Below, one piece after another: positions 49,248 through 58,329 of a stretch of DNA of 64,000 nt. Origin of the DNA: Bacteroidota bacterium (GTDB lineage Bacteria > Bacteroidota > Bacteroidia > UBA4408); NCBI GenBank assembly GCA_016718805.1, contig JADKCP010000003.1:455564-519563 (forward strand), given 5' to 3'. The position numbers were made by a program, and so were the translations under genes. The notes beneath the pieces were generated by a model. The model was not told the DNA's origin. It did not search any database and saw nothing but the letters and a program-made list of their open reading frames with translations. Each line of letters starts with the position of its first letter. Within the stretch, counting starts at the first letter, position 1.

Positions 49248-50894
49248 CTAATTGTTGAGGTGTAATATAAAATCGGTTAGATTTTCTTCGGTACTGAGTT
49301 GTAATTTTTTTCGCAAACGATAACGTGCTGTTTTTACACTATCGGGTGAGATGTTTAGAATGCCTGCCATTTCTTTAATTGAAAGGTTCATTTTAATTAA
49401 GGCACACAGCTTTAAGTCGTTAGGACTAATTTCGGGATAAGCTTGTTTTAAACGGGTATAAAAATTTTTATTTAAACTTTCAAAGGAGCTATTAAAGTCG
49501 TTCCATTCCTTATCGTGATTCATGCCTTTGGCAATAATTTTTTGCAATGAACTGTCTTGATTGCTCGCGCTACTTTCGTCCAATTTGCTTTTAAGTTCCA
49601 GCATTAGCTCATTTTTTTGTAGCATTTGCAAAGTAAGGGCACTTAGCTGACTTTCTTTATGTTCGAGCTCATTTTTCAATTGTTGTTCCTTTAATTTTTT
49701 TTGTTCGGCAGTAGCTTTCATCAACTCGTTTTGCGCAGCCAACAGCAATTTATTTCGCGTATTAATGCGTTTTAAGAATACAACAATGGCAATACCTAAT
49801 AAGAGCAAAGCCACTATAATTGACCAAAGCAAATAATTGGTGAGTGTGGCAATGTTTTTTTCGCTTTGAATAGTATTCAGTTCCCTTTCCTTTTCGCTTA
49901 AATGAAATTGTATTTCAAGGCTTTTTGTGATGTGCATTCTTTCCCAGCTAGCAAGACTATCTTTTAAATTTTCAATTTTTTCATCCAGTACAACCAGTTC
50001 TCCTAATTTGTTTTGTTGTTTTTTTAAACTTCTAAACTGCTTTAACGAATTCAGGTAAAAGTATTTATCGCTCAATCCTTCGGCTACTTCAATAGCTTTT
50101 AAAAGTGTATTTTCTGCGCTTTCAGAGCTGTTGTTGAAACTTAATTGCCAATCGCTCATTGCCAGCAAAGCAGCCACTTGTGCTTGCCGGTTTCCGGTAC
50201 TATCGGCTATTTTTAAGGCACGCTGCAAATAATATTCACTTTTAATTTTGTTTCCGGCTTTTATTTCAAGTTGCGCTACACTAACATAAGAACCCGGTAA
50301 ATAGGTGAAGTTTTTAGTAAGCAAACGTTCCTGCAAAGCAGCTCTGTGAAAATAGGCTGCCGAATCGTTATTGCCAAGATTACTATATGCAATTCCAAGA
50401 ATGTTGTATATGAGCCCAACATAACCGCTAGTATCCTTTTCAGCAGCAAAGCCTGCTTGTGCTGCTTTGCTCAATGAAATTGATTCGCGGTATTTACCTT
50501 GCCTGCTTTTAATAGTGCTGATTAGCTGTAAACATTTGCATCTACCTGTTAATGCTGCTTTAGGATTTGTGCTTTCGAGCTTTTTATATTCGTCAAGCGC
50601 ACGCAAACAATAACTTAAACCATTGGTATAGCTTACACCATAGGTGCAGATGCCCATATTTAATAAAGCTTCAGCAACAGTAAGCTGATTTTTTTCTTGT
50701 TTGGCAAGCTGAAAAGCGTTGTTGAAGTAGCGTAAAGCAGCAGTATCGTTGTCAACCACAAGCAGCTCCCATCCTTTGTTTAGTAGGTTTTGCGAATTTT
50801 CAGCAGCTTGTAGTGTACTGTTAAAAGCAATAAAGAAAAAAAGCACTACAAGTTTTTTCACGCAAGTGGAAATGAGTTGGGCAAAAGTGTGCAA
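49248..50894 (-). CDS. TPR-repeat / single-TM / LuxR-type HTH transcriptional regulator
   Basis: N-terminal signal and TPR-like repeats, one TM helix (WSIIVALLLLGIAIVVF), coiled coil, and a C-terminal LuxR HTH (LKLCALIKMNLSIKEMAGILNISPDSVKTARYRLRKKL). Confidence 0.7.
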   Translation of the reverse strand: MHTFAQLISTCVKKLVVLFFFIAFNSTLQAAENSQNLLNKGWELLVVDNDTAALRYFNNAFQLAKQEKNQLTVAEALLNMGICTYGVSYTNGLSYCLRALDEYKKLESTNPKAALTGRCKCLQLISTIKSRQGKYRESISLSKAAQAGFAAEKDTSGYVGLIYNILGIAYSNLGNNDSAAYFHRAALQERLLTKNFTYLPGSYVSVAQLEIKAGNKIKSEYYLQRALKIADSTGNRQAQVAALLAMSDWQLSFNNSSESAENTLLKAIEVAEGLSDKYFYLNSLKQFRSLKKQQNKLGELVVLDEKIENLKDSLASWERMHITKSLEIQFHLSEKERELNTIQSEKNIATLTNYLLWSIIVALLLLGIAIVVFLKRINTRNKLLLAAQNELMKATAEQKKLKEQQLKNELEHKESQLSALTLQMLQKNELMLELKSKLDESSASNQDSSLQKIIAKGMNHDKEWNDFNSSFESLNKNFYTRLKQAYPEISPNDLKLCALIKMNLSIKEMAGILNISPDSVKTARYRLRKKLQLSTEENLTDFILHLNN

Positions 50895-51009
50895 TTTTTT
50901 TTAGTCTGAAAAGTGTATAGCAGCTGCACTAAATTTATATTGTATAATTTACATAGGCGAAGAAGTGTGATTAGTAGATTTACTTATCTTCACTCACAAA
51001 TAAACTAAA

Positions 51010-51753
51010 ATGCAGGTAAGGTTAAATAAGTTCATCAGCGAAACGGGCATTTGTTCGCGACGTGAAGCCGATCGTTTAATTGAAAGAGGAAAGGTAACTG
51101 TAAACGGACAAGTAGTTGAATTGGGAACCAAAGTAAGCGAAGGTGATGTAGTGAATGTAAATGGAAAGCCTTTAAAAGAAAAGGAAGCAAGAGTGTACAT
51201 TGCCTTTCACAAACCTGTAGGAATTACTTGTACTACCGACTTAAAAGACAAAGACAACATTATTGATTACCTGAAATATCCGCAACGCATATTTCCGGTT
51301 GGTAGGTTGGATAAGGATTCTGAAGGATTAATTTTTTTAACCAGCGATGGCGATATTGTAAATAAAATATTACGGGCCGGTAATAATCACGAAAAGGAAT
51401 ATATTGTAACCGTTGATAAACCTATCACACCCGAGTTTATCATGCATATGAAAAACGGTGTGCACATATTAGATACCGTAACCCAAAAGTGTTTTATTGT
51501 GCAGGAAGGTCAGGTAAAATTTAGGATTATACTGAAGCAAGGATTAAACCGACAAATTCGCCGCATGTGTGAAGCCCTTGATTATACAGTACTTAAATTG
51601 AAACGCATTCGTATTATGAATGTAAAACTTGAGGGAATCAACTACGGCGAATGGAGGATGTTAAGCGAGAATGAACTCAGCACAATTTTAAATTTAGTGC
51701 AACATTCCAGTAAAACTGAAGAAGCTTCTATGCTAAACGATGAAACCGATTGA
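51010..51753 (+). CDS. rluF: 23S rRNA pseudouridine synthase, RsuA/RluF family (RluF-like)
   Basis: S4 domain [30 protein letters not shown]. Catalytic [11 protein letters not shown]. Confidence 0.8.
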   Translation: MQVRLNKFISETGICSRREADRLIERGKVTVNGQVVELGTKVSEGDVVNVNGKPLKEKEARVYIAFHKPVGITCTTDLKDKDNIIDYLKYPQRIFPVGRLDKDSEGLIFLTSDGDIVNKILRAGNNHEKEYIVTVDKPITPEFIMHMKNGVHILDTVTQKCFIVQEGQVKFRIILKQGLNRQIRRMCEALDYTVLKLKRIRIMNVKLEGINYGEWRMLSENELSTILNLVQHSSKTEEASMLNDETD

Positions 51754-51754
51754 G

Positions 51755-53068
51755 CTAATCGGCAATCGCAAATTTTACTTTTTTGTTTTTGATTTTTTCT
51801 TCGCGAATGAGACTGATAAGCTGCTTAATTTTACTGCGTTTTATTGCTACATACGCTGAAAAATCTAGTACCGAAATTAAACCAATTTCATCTTTTGCCA
51901 AATTCCCTTTTTGATGCAGCATACCGGCAATGTCCATTTTATTTATTTTATCTTTTTTTCCGGCAGCAATGTACAAGGTTTGCCATTCGGGCAAAGGAGG
52001 CAATTGTGGCTTTTTAGCTAATTCAATGGTTTCTACTTTTTGATGGATGTATTCAGGAAGGTGTTCGTTTGATGAGAGAATCAAGTAAGCTTCTCCGCTA
52101 GCATGCATGCGCGCAGTACGACCGTTTCGGTGAATAAAACTTTCTTCATTCACAGGTAATTGAAAATGAATTATGTTATCCAACTCAGGAATATCTAGTC
52201 CACGTGCAGCTAAATCAGTTGCAACCAGAATTTTTGTACTTCCGTTTCTAAATTTCAACAAAGCACGTTCCCGATCTATTTGTTCCATTTTGCCGTGAAA
52301 AATTTCATGCTCCAATCCTTTTTCATGCAGCACTTCAGCTGCCATTTCAACACTTTCGCGCTGGTTACAAAAAATAATACTGTTTGTATTTCCCAATGCA
52401 CAAAGCAGCAAAAACAAGCTATCCGTTTTATCGCGCGATGGAGAGTGTACTAATTTAATTTTTAAGCGACTCGGTTTTGTTTGGTCAGCAGTTAAAAAAT
52501 TAAGCTGAGATGCTTTCTGAATGCCTGTAAAATCAGGTATTTCAGTCAAGTTAGTAGCGGATGTAAGTATGCGTTGTTTCAGATTTTTTAGTTGCTTGAG
52601 CAAAAAGGACATGTCTTCCTGAAAGCCCATTTCTAGGGACTTATCAAATTCGTCGAGTACCAAATAGCCGCATTTTGAAAAGTCGAGATTTTGTTTACGA
52701 ATATGATGGCCAATGCGTCCGGGTGTACCAATGAGTAGGGCAGGGGCTTGTGATAAATTATTTTGTTCAACCCTTGTTGAATGTCCGCCGTAACAGCAAT
52801 TCACTTTTAAGCCCGATTGCAATTGCCGCATAACTTGTTCAATTTGCAAGGCTAATTCGCGCGAAGGAACCACAATTAATGCCTGAATTTCTTTTTTATC
52901 AGGATCCAATTTTTCAATCAGAGGTAGTAAATATGCCAGTGTTTTTCCGGAACCGGTAGGCGATAAAAGCACCAGGTCATTTCCTTTTTGAATACTTTCG
53001 GCAGCATTCAGCTGCATGGGATTAAGCTGTGATATAGATAGTTTTTCGAGTGCTTTTGCTAGATTCAT
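51755..53068 (-). CDS. DEAD-box ATP-dependent RNA helicase
   Basis: Q-motif, PTGSGKT, DEFD (DEAD variant), SAT, HRNGRTAR. 437 aa. Confidence 0.85.
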   Translation of the reverse strand: MNLAKALEKLSISQLNPMQLNAAESIQKGNDLVLLSPTGSGKTLAYLLPLIEKLDPDKKEIQALIVVPSRELALQIEQVMRQLQSGLKVNCCYGGHSTRVEQNNLSQAPALLIGTPGRIGHHIRKQNLDFSKCGYLVLDEFDKSLEMGFQEDMSFLLKQLKNLKQRILTSATNLTEIPDFTGIQKASQLNFLTADQTKPSRLKIKLVHSPSRDKTDSLFLLLCALGNTNSIIFCNQRESVEMAAEVLHEKGLEHEIFHGKMEQIDRERALLKFRNGSTKILVATDLAARGLDIPELDNIIHFQLPVNEESFIHRNGRTARMHASGEAYLILSSNEHLPEYIHQKVETIELAKKPQLPPLPEWQTLYIAAGKKDKINKMDIAGMLHQKGNLAKDEIGLISVLDFSAYVAIKRSKIKQLISLIREEKIKNKKVKFAIAD

Positions 53069-53338
53069 TGGATGGTATTTTTTATGGTAGGATGATTTAA
53101 CGGGCTACGGCTTGGAGAGGTGCTTAATTTGGGGCTTTCGTAGCAGTGGTGTTAAGTCAAAAATAGTGCAACAAATTAAGCAAAATATTACTGAAAGGTA
53201 TGTTACAATATTTTTATTTGCACAAATTTTTTGCGAGCTTCAAAGCTAATTAACCTACTTTCCGTCCCAAATAATACATTGCGCTGAGCCGCTGTTATAG
53301 GCTGTGCTGTGGGTTAGGTTTAGCACTGTTCTTGGTAG

Positions 53339-54060
53339 TTAGGCTGTTACCCCGCTCTTTTGTTTTGAAACCTGTTGCACTGAAGATTTCTGCATAGGCA
53401 TTTTTCGTCCTGTTCGCTTGTAGAAAGCAATAATTTCACTAATTTTTTTTCTGTCTTCTAAAGTTAACGGTGTCGGGTCAACTACGAAATTAATACCTTC
53501 TGGTTCTTTTATGTGTCCCATTTTCTGATTGTTTAAGTTGGGAAATATTTTCGAATTAGTTTTAAAGCCTCTTGAGGAAAAATTACCATTTTGTGTCCAC
53601 CAACGTGGGTTGCTCCCAATGTTTTCTCATAATGTTCAACCAACTTTGTCTTTGAGGTATATGATATGAAACCCTGATAACCCTTGTCCCAAGAAGTTTT
53701 GCAAGTGAAGGCAAACAAATTACCAGGTACTCATTCGTACAGCTTGTTCTTTCCTAAATTGAAAGGAGCACTTTCTATTATATGAACAAAATAATGGTCG
53801 TTGTAGTCACTTATGCTCAGAAGTCCTTGAACAATATCAGGATTATTTCGAATTGTCAACTTGAAAATTTGCCTGTCTGATAACTTAAACTCACCAGCCC
53901 AATTAAAAAGCCAGCCATTTTTCTTGGTCAAATTTTTTAAGTCAGCTTTTGAAAGTGGGTGAACATCGGTGGGAAAACTATCACCAGAAATTGTATTGAG
54001 AATACTGTTTGTAAGTTTGTCAATCTCAATCCCCAAATGATATTTTGTCTGTTTTGCCAT
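53339..54060 (-). pseudogene. fragmented hypothetical gene(s): ORFs 53731..54060 and 53533..53718 are one frame joined across an in-frame TGA (53731-53733); 53339..53521 in another frame
   Basis: Frame arithmetic and direct reading give ...NKLYE-TGA-VPGNLFAFTCKT... No family recognised. Confidence 0.3.
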
Positions 54061-54295
54061 GATTCAAATATAGGGAAAATGTCTGAAATATGGAGTCAAA
54101 ATTGAGATGATATATCTTGGAAATCGTCAGAAACAGCATTGCCAATAACGGTTTGCAGCTACAAGAAGTTGGCGATTTCGGAGACGAAAACTGTCTGCCA
54201 CCACTGAACTTGATACGAAGCACAAAGCTTCATTTAACCACTGAACCGCCAATTTCTTGAAGGTGCTGTTATGCCTTCGTTGTTTTGTCAATAGT

Positions 54296-55000
54296 TTAAG
54301 TTTTAGTCGTAATGTAAATAAACTCAAGCAAGTTAAGTGTCAAGTGACCCACGAACACCCATACAATATTTTTTCTTTTTATCGCTATTATTGCAAATGG
54401 TAACCCTACTAAAAGTCCGGTCATAAGTATGTACCATAGTCCGCCAACCCAATGAAGCAATCCAAACATTGTAACTGTAAAAATTATGCTTTTTGTCGAA
54501 CCGTATTTTTCTAAAAATCTTGTTAAGGTATAGTTTCTGTACAAGCTCTCTTCAACAAATGGCGCAAAAAGAACATTAGCTATAAAAAATATAATTGACT
54601 GTTTGCCAAGTACAGTCATGGTTTCGCCCGCTGGCACATAGTCACCAATATTTATCTGTAGATATGTTTGTAATGGTGAAAATATATAAAAATATAGGAT
54701 CGCTAAAATTGCTCCTGTTATAATTCCTCCAAAAATGTCAATTGGTAGTTTTGTGCTATCAGCTGTCCAACCACTTTTTAAGATATTGAAACTGTCTTTT
54801 CGGGTTGTGAACAAAAGAGTGATTAGTAAGAGAACTTGAACAATAAGAATTACTGTTGGTGTGTTCTCTGAAATTTTGATTGGTATGTCAGTTTCACTTA
54901 CACCTTTTACACCAAAGTATATTGAACCTGAAACTATAATTATTAAAAACCAAATTGGTGCTAAAATCAGATTTGTCCAAGGTCTTTTTAATGAGTTCAT
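54296..55000 (-). CDS. CPBP-family intramembrane metalloprotease (CAAX protease / 'Abi' domain)
   Basis: Conserved EExxxR (VEESLYR) and FxxxH (GLLHW) motifs in a 6-TM protein. Confidence 0.7.
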   Translation of the reverse strand: MNSLKRPWTNLILAPIWFLIIIVSGSIYFGVKGVSETDIPIKISENTPTVILIVQVLLLITLLFTTRKDSFNILKSGWTADSTKLPIDIFGGIITGAILAILYFYIFSPLQTYLQINIGDYVPAGETMTVLGKQSIIFFIANVLFAPFVEESLYRNYTLTRFLEKYGSTKSIIFTVTMFGLLHWVGGLWYILMTGLLVGLPFAIIAIKRKNIVWVFVGHLTLNLLEFIYITTKT

Positions 55001-55095
55001 ATTTTTTTGTTTGTCGGTTTTTACTATGAGGCATAACTACCGCATACTCACATACACAACCCGCAATTAAATTAGTTGTATAAGTTACAATAAAC

Positions 55096-55494
55096 TCAAG
55101 GAAGCATTTTTTCCTTCCAACCTGCAGGTATTTCAATACTTTGCTGTTTGCCATAATTAAAGCAAACCATTACTGTTTTTGCTTTTGCAACAATTGTTTC
55201 AACGCCCTTCTCAATTTTTAGAATATGGTACGACAAATCAAAACTTTTCGATCCTATGCGGCTACACCAGGTTTTTACTTCAATTTGGTCCTTTAATAAT
55301 ATAGGAATCAAATAATCTACTTCAGCTTTAGCTAAAATAATTCCCTCATTTAACCAGTCAATCTCTCCAATAATTCTTTCAAAATAAGGTAGGCGGGCTA
55401 CTTCCAAATACGATAAATAAATGGCGTTGTTTACATGACCAAATTGATCTAAATCAACAAAACGAATTTGAATCGGACTTTGTGTACTATTCAT
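55096..55494 (-). CDS. acyl-CoA thioesterase, hotdog fold (YbgC/4HBT family)
   Basis: VDLDQFGHVNNAIYLSY motif. 132 aa. Confidence 0.7.
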   Translation of the reverse strand: MNSTQSPIQIRFVDLDQFGHVNNAIYLSYLEVARLPYFERIIGEIDWLNEGIILAKAEVDYLIPILLKDQIEVKTWCSRIGSKSFDLSYHILKIEKGVETIVAKAKTVMVCFNYGKQQSIEIPAGWKEKMLP

Positions 55495-55620
55495 AAATGA
55501 GTTTGTTTTAGAGGCAAGGTAATTTTTAATTCAGCCTTACATCATGCGTTGCGAAGTTAAACTTCTTACGAGAATTAAATATTCTATGGATTTTTAAAAT
55601 TTGTTATTAACAATAAAAAA

Positions 55621-55711
55621 ATGGGGGGTGTTGATAAAAAAAAGTATTAAAATTTAAAAACATGTTCAAAAAATAGGGGGGGTATTAAAAAATAATTTAA
55701 ATTTGTGTCCG
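55621..55711. promoter_or_regulatory. divergent promoter region with two imperfect ~50-bp direct repeats each centred on a G-tract (G6 at 55623-55628, G7 at 55676-55682); candidate -7 box TAAATTTG at 55698-55705 for glnN
   Basis: Read directly. aaaaatggggggtgttgataaaaaaaagtattaaaattt versus aaaaatagggggggtattaaaaaataatttaaattt. The G7 tract sits where a -33 element would be. Confidence 0.35.
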
Positions 55712-55790
55712 AAATTGAAAACCTTTTTAAAAAAGTTACGTTTCAATCTCTGATTAAACACAAACGCTAACACAATTCAACTAAAAAAAA

Positions 55791-57980
55791 ATGGCAATAC
55801 ACCGATTTAAAGCACTCGAAGAATTAATGGCACGAACTCCTGTTGTGCCCGTAGATCACGGTAAAGTTAGCTCTAAATTATTTGGAGCAAACGTATTTAG
55901 TAAACAAGTAATGCAAGAGTCGCTTCCAAAAGAAGCTTACGAAAGCGTAATGATGGCAATGGAGCAAGGAACACAAATTGACCGTAAAATTGCCGGACAA
56001 GTTGCTTCTGCCATGAAAGTTTGGGCGCTCGAAAAAGGTGCAACTCATTATACACACTGGTTTCAACCTTTAACCGGTGCTACTGCCGAAAAGCACGATG
56101 CGTTTTTTGAACCAATAGGCGACGGAAAAGCCATCGAAAATTTTGACGCAGCTCAGTTAGTGCAACAAGAACCGGATGCTTCCAGCTTTCCAAGTGGAGG
56201 TATTCGCAATACTTTTGAAGCTCGCGGATATACTGCCTGGGATCCAACATCGCCTGCTTTTATTATAGGTACTACTTTATGCATACCCACCATATTTGTT
56301 TCCTATACCGGAGAAGCACTCGATTATAAAACTCCACTTTTGAAATCAATTCATGCAATTGATAAAGCAGCTACGGAAGTTTGTCAGTATTTCGATAAAA
56401 ACGTAACCAAGGTGATTGCAACCTTAGGATGGGAGCAAGAATATTTTTTGGTTGACGAAGCTTTATTTAATGCCCGCCCCGATTTAGTAATGACCGGCCG
56501 TACCTTGTTTGGACATGCTCCAGCAAAAGGCCAACAATTAGAAGATCATTATTTTGGAACTATACCTGAACGTGTACTCAACTTTATGCGCGATTTGGAA
56601 GCCGATTGTTTAATGCTCGGTATTCCTATTAAAACTCGTCACAACGAAGTTGCTCCTAACCAGTTTGAATGTGCTCCTGTATTTGAAGAAGCCAACTTGG
56701 CCGTTGATCACAATCAATTGTTGATGGACGTGATGGAAAAAGTTGCACGCAAACACAATTTCCGAATTTTGTTGCACGAAAAACCGTTCGCAGGGGTGAA
56801 TGGATCGGGCAAACACAACAATTGGAGTTTGGCCACCAACACCGGTAAAAATTTATTGTCGCCCGGAAAAACACCTAAAACCAACTTGCAGTTTCTTGCC
56901 TTCTTTGTAAACATATTAAAAGCGGTGCACGATAATGCCGATTTAATGCGCGCTACCATCGCATCTGCAGGTAACGATCACCGATTGGGAGCCAACGAAG
57001 CACCTCCCGCAATTTTCTCTGCATTTATCGGGTCTCAATTATCACAAATATTGGATGAGTTAGAGAAAAAAGTACACAGTGGCAAAATGAGTCCTGAAGC
57101 CAAAACCGATTTAAAACTCAACTTTGCTAAGGTACCGGAGATTTTGCTTGATAATACCGACCGCAATCGTACTTCACCATTTGCCTTTACAGGAAATAAG
57201 TTCGAATTCCGTGCAGTAGGTTCATCTGCAAATTGTTCACCTTCAATGACCGTTTTAAATTTAGTATTGGCTGATCAATTGTTGATCTTTAAAAAGGAAG
57301 TAGATGCCTTGCTTGCTAAGGATGTGAAAAAAGATGAGGCCATATATCAAGTATTGAAAAAATACATTATTGAATCTAAAAAAATTCGTTTCGAAGGAAA
57401 CGGTTATGGCGAAGAATGGGTAAAGGAAGCTGCAAAAAGAGGTTTATCGAACATTAAAACTACACCGGGTGCATTGGATGCAATGGTGAGCAAACGTACG
57501 CTCGATTTGTATGCACGTCATTCAATTTTGAGTCATCGTGAAATGGAAGCACGACACGAAATTGCGTTGGAAACCTACACCAAAAAAATTCAAATTGAAT
57601 CACGTGTGATGGGTGATTTGGCTGTGAATCACATCATACCTACAGCCTTAAAATATCAAAACTTATTGATTCAAAATGTGGAAGGTTTGAAAGATATTTT
57701 TGGTGCAAGTGAATTTAAAAAGCTCGCTGAAACACAAACCAAAATGATTATGGAAATTTCTGAACGTGTATCTGCTATTAAGGATAATGTAGATAAAATG
57801 GTAAACGAACGTAAGAAAGCCAATAAATTAGACAATGGTAAAAAACAAGCAGTTGCATATTGCGAACAAGTGAAGCCTTATTTTGACGTGATTCGCGAAA
57901 ATGTTGATAAATTAGAATTGTTAGTGGATGATGAAGCATGGCCTTTACCAAAGTACCGCGAACTATTATTTACCAAATAA
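55791..57980 (+). CDS. glnN: glutamine synthetase type III
   Basis: 729 aa, the diagnostic GSIII length. Conserved catalytic region (…NGSGKHNNWS…). Confidence 0.9.
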   Translation: MAIHRFKALEELMARTPVVPVDHGKVSSKLFGANVFSKQVMQESLPKEAYESVMMAMEQGTQIDRKIAGQVASAMKVWALEKGATHYTHWFQPLTGATAEKHDAFFEPIGDGKAIENFDAAQLVQQEPDASSFPSGGIRNTFEARGYTAWDPTSPAFIIGTTLCIPTIFVSYTGEALDYKTPLLKSIHAIDKAATEVCQYFDKNVTKVIATLGWEQEYFLVDEALFNARPDLVMTGRTLFGHAPAKGQQLEDHYFGTIPERVLNFMRDLEADCLMLGIPIKTRHNEVAPNQFECAPVFEEANLAVDHNQLLMDVMEKVARKHNFRILLHEKPFAGVNGSGKHNNWSLATNTGKNLLSPGKTPKTNLQFLAFFVNILKAVHDNADLMRATIASAGNDHRLGANEAPPAIFSAFIGSQLSQILDELEKKVHSGKMSPEAKTDLKLNFAKVPEILLDNTDRNRTSPFAFTGNKFEFRAVGSSANCSPSMTVLNLVLADQLLIFKKEVDALLAKDVKKDEAIYQVLKKYIIESKKIRFEGNGYGEEWVKEAAKRGLSNIKTTPGALDAMVSKRTLDLYARHSILSHREMEARHEIALETYTKKIQIESRVMGDLAVNHIIPTALKYQNLLIQNVEGLKDIFGASEFKKLAETQTKMIMEISERVSAIKDNVDKMVNERKKANKLDNGKKQAVAYCEQVKPYFDVIRENVDKLELLVDDEAWPLPKYRELLFTK

Positions 57981-57997
57981 TTATTTTTCTTAAGGAA

Positions 57998-58029
57998 GCA
58001 CCCGTTAGAAATAACGGGTGTTTTTTTTA
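57998..58029 (+). terminator. rho-independent terminator after glnN
   Basis: gcacccgtta / taacgggtg hairpin followed by T9. Confidence 0.6.
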
Positions 58030-58071
58030 TAGGTAACAACTAAGGCAAATTATCCTGTATTTTTACAGCCG

Positions 58072-58329
58072 ATGAAATTTATGAGAACCGACAATCCTGC
58101 CCATTATCGCAAAAACATAAAACTGGGAGCAGAGGTTGATATTGTAAAAAAACGCGACCAAAAAACCGGTAAACGAACCCGAGGAATAGTGCAATGGATA
58201 CTTACAAGTGCCGACTTTCATTCGAGAGGAATCAAAGTGCAATTGCATAATCGGGAAGTTGGCAGAGTGGTTGAAATTTTAAATAATGAAGTTCAACCTA
58301 ACGAACAATCAACAGCTACACCTGCTTAA
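58072..58329 (+). CDS. YwbE-like small protein (DUF2196)
   Basis: IKLGAEVDIVKKRDQKTGKRTRGIVQWILTSADFHSRGIKVQLHNREVGRV matches the YwbE pattern. Confidence 0.55.
   Translation: MKFMRTDNPAHYRKNIKLGAEVDIVKKRDQKTGKRTRGIVQWILTSADFHSRGIKVQLHNREVGRVVEILNNEVQPNEQSTATPA

Noticed and set aside
50994-51200. Minus-strand 68-aa ORF overlapping the rluF start
   Set aside because: It is antisense to a well-supported pseudouridine synthase gene and has no independent support.
53731-53733. In-frame TGA (and the TAA in rarA) as evidence for stop-codon reassignment or selenocysteine
   Set aside because: TGA and TAA terminate many well-conserved genes in this window at the expected positions (for example the LRR genes end in TGA). 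No SECIS-like hairpin follows. Isolated lesions fit pseudogenisation or base-call error better.
54026-54327. ORFs 54026..54223 and 54127..54327 (minus)
   Set aside because: They are overlapping and low-complexity, with no start context, in an intergenic segment. They were judged spurious. The underlying 54061-54295 non-coding stretch is instead mentioned in the island finding.
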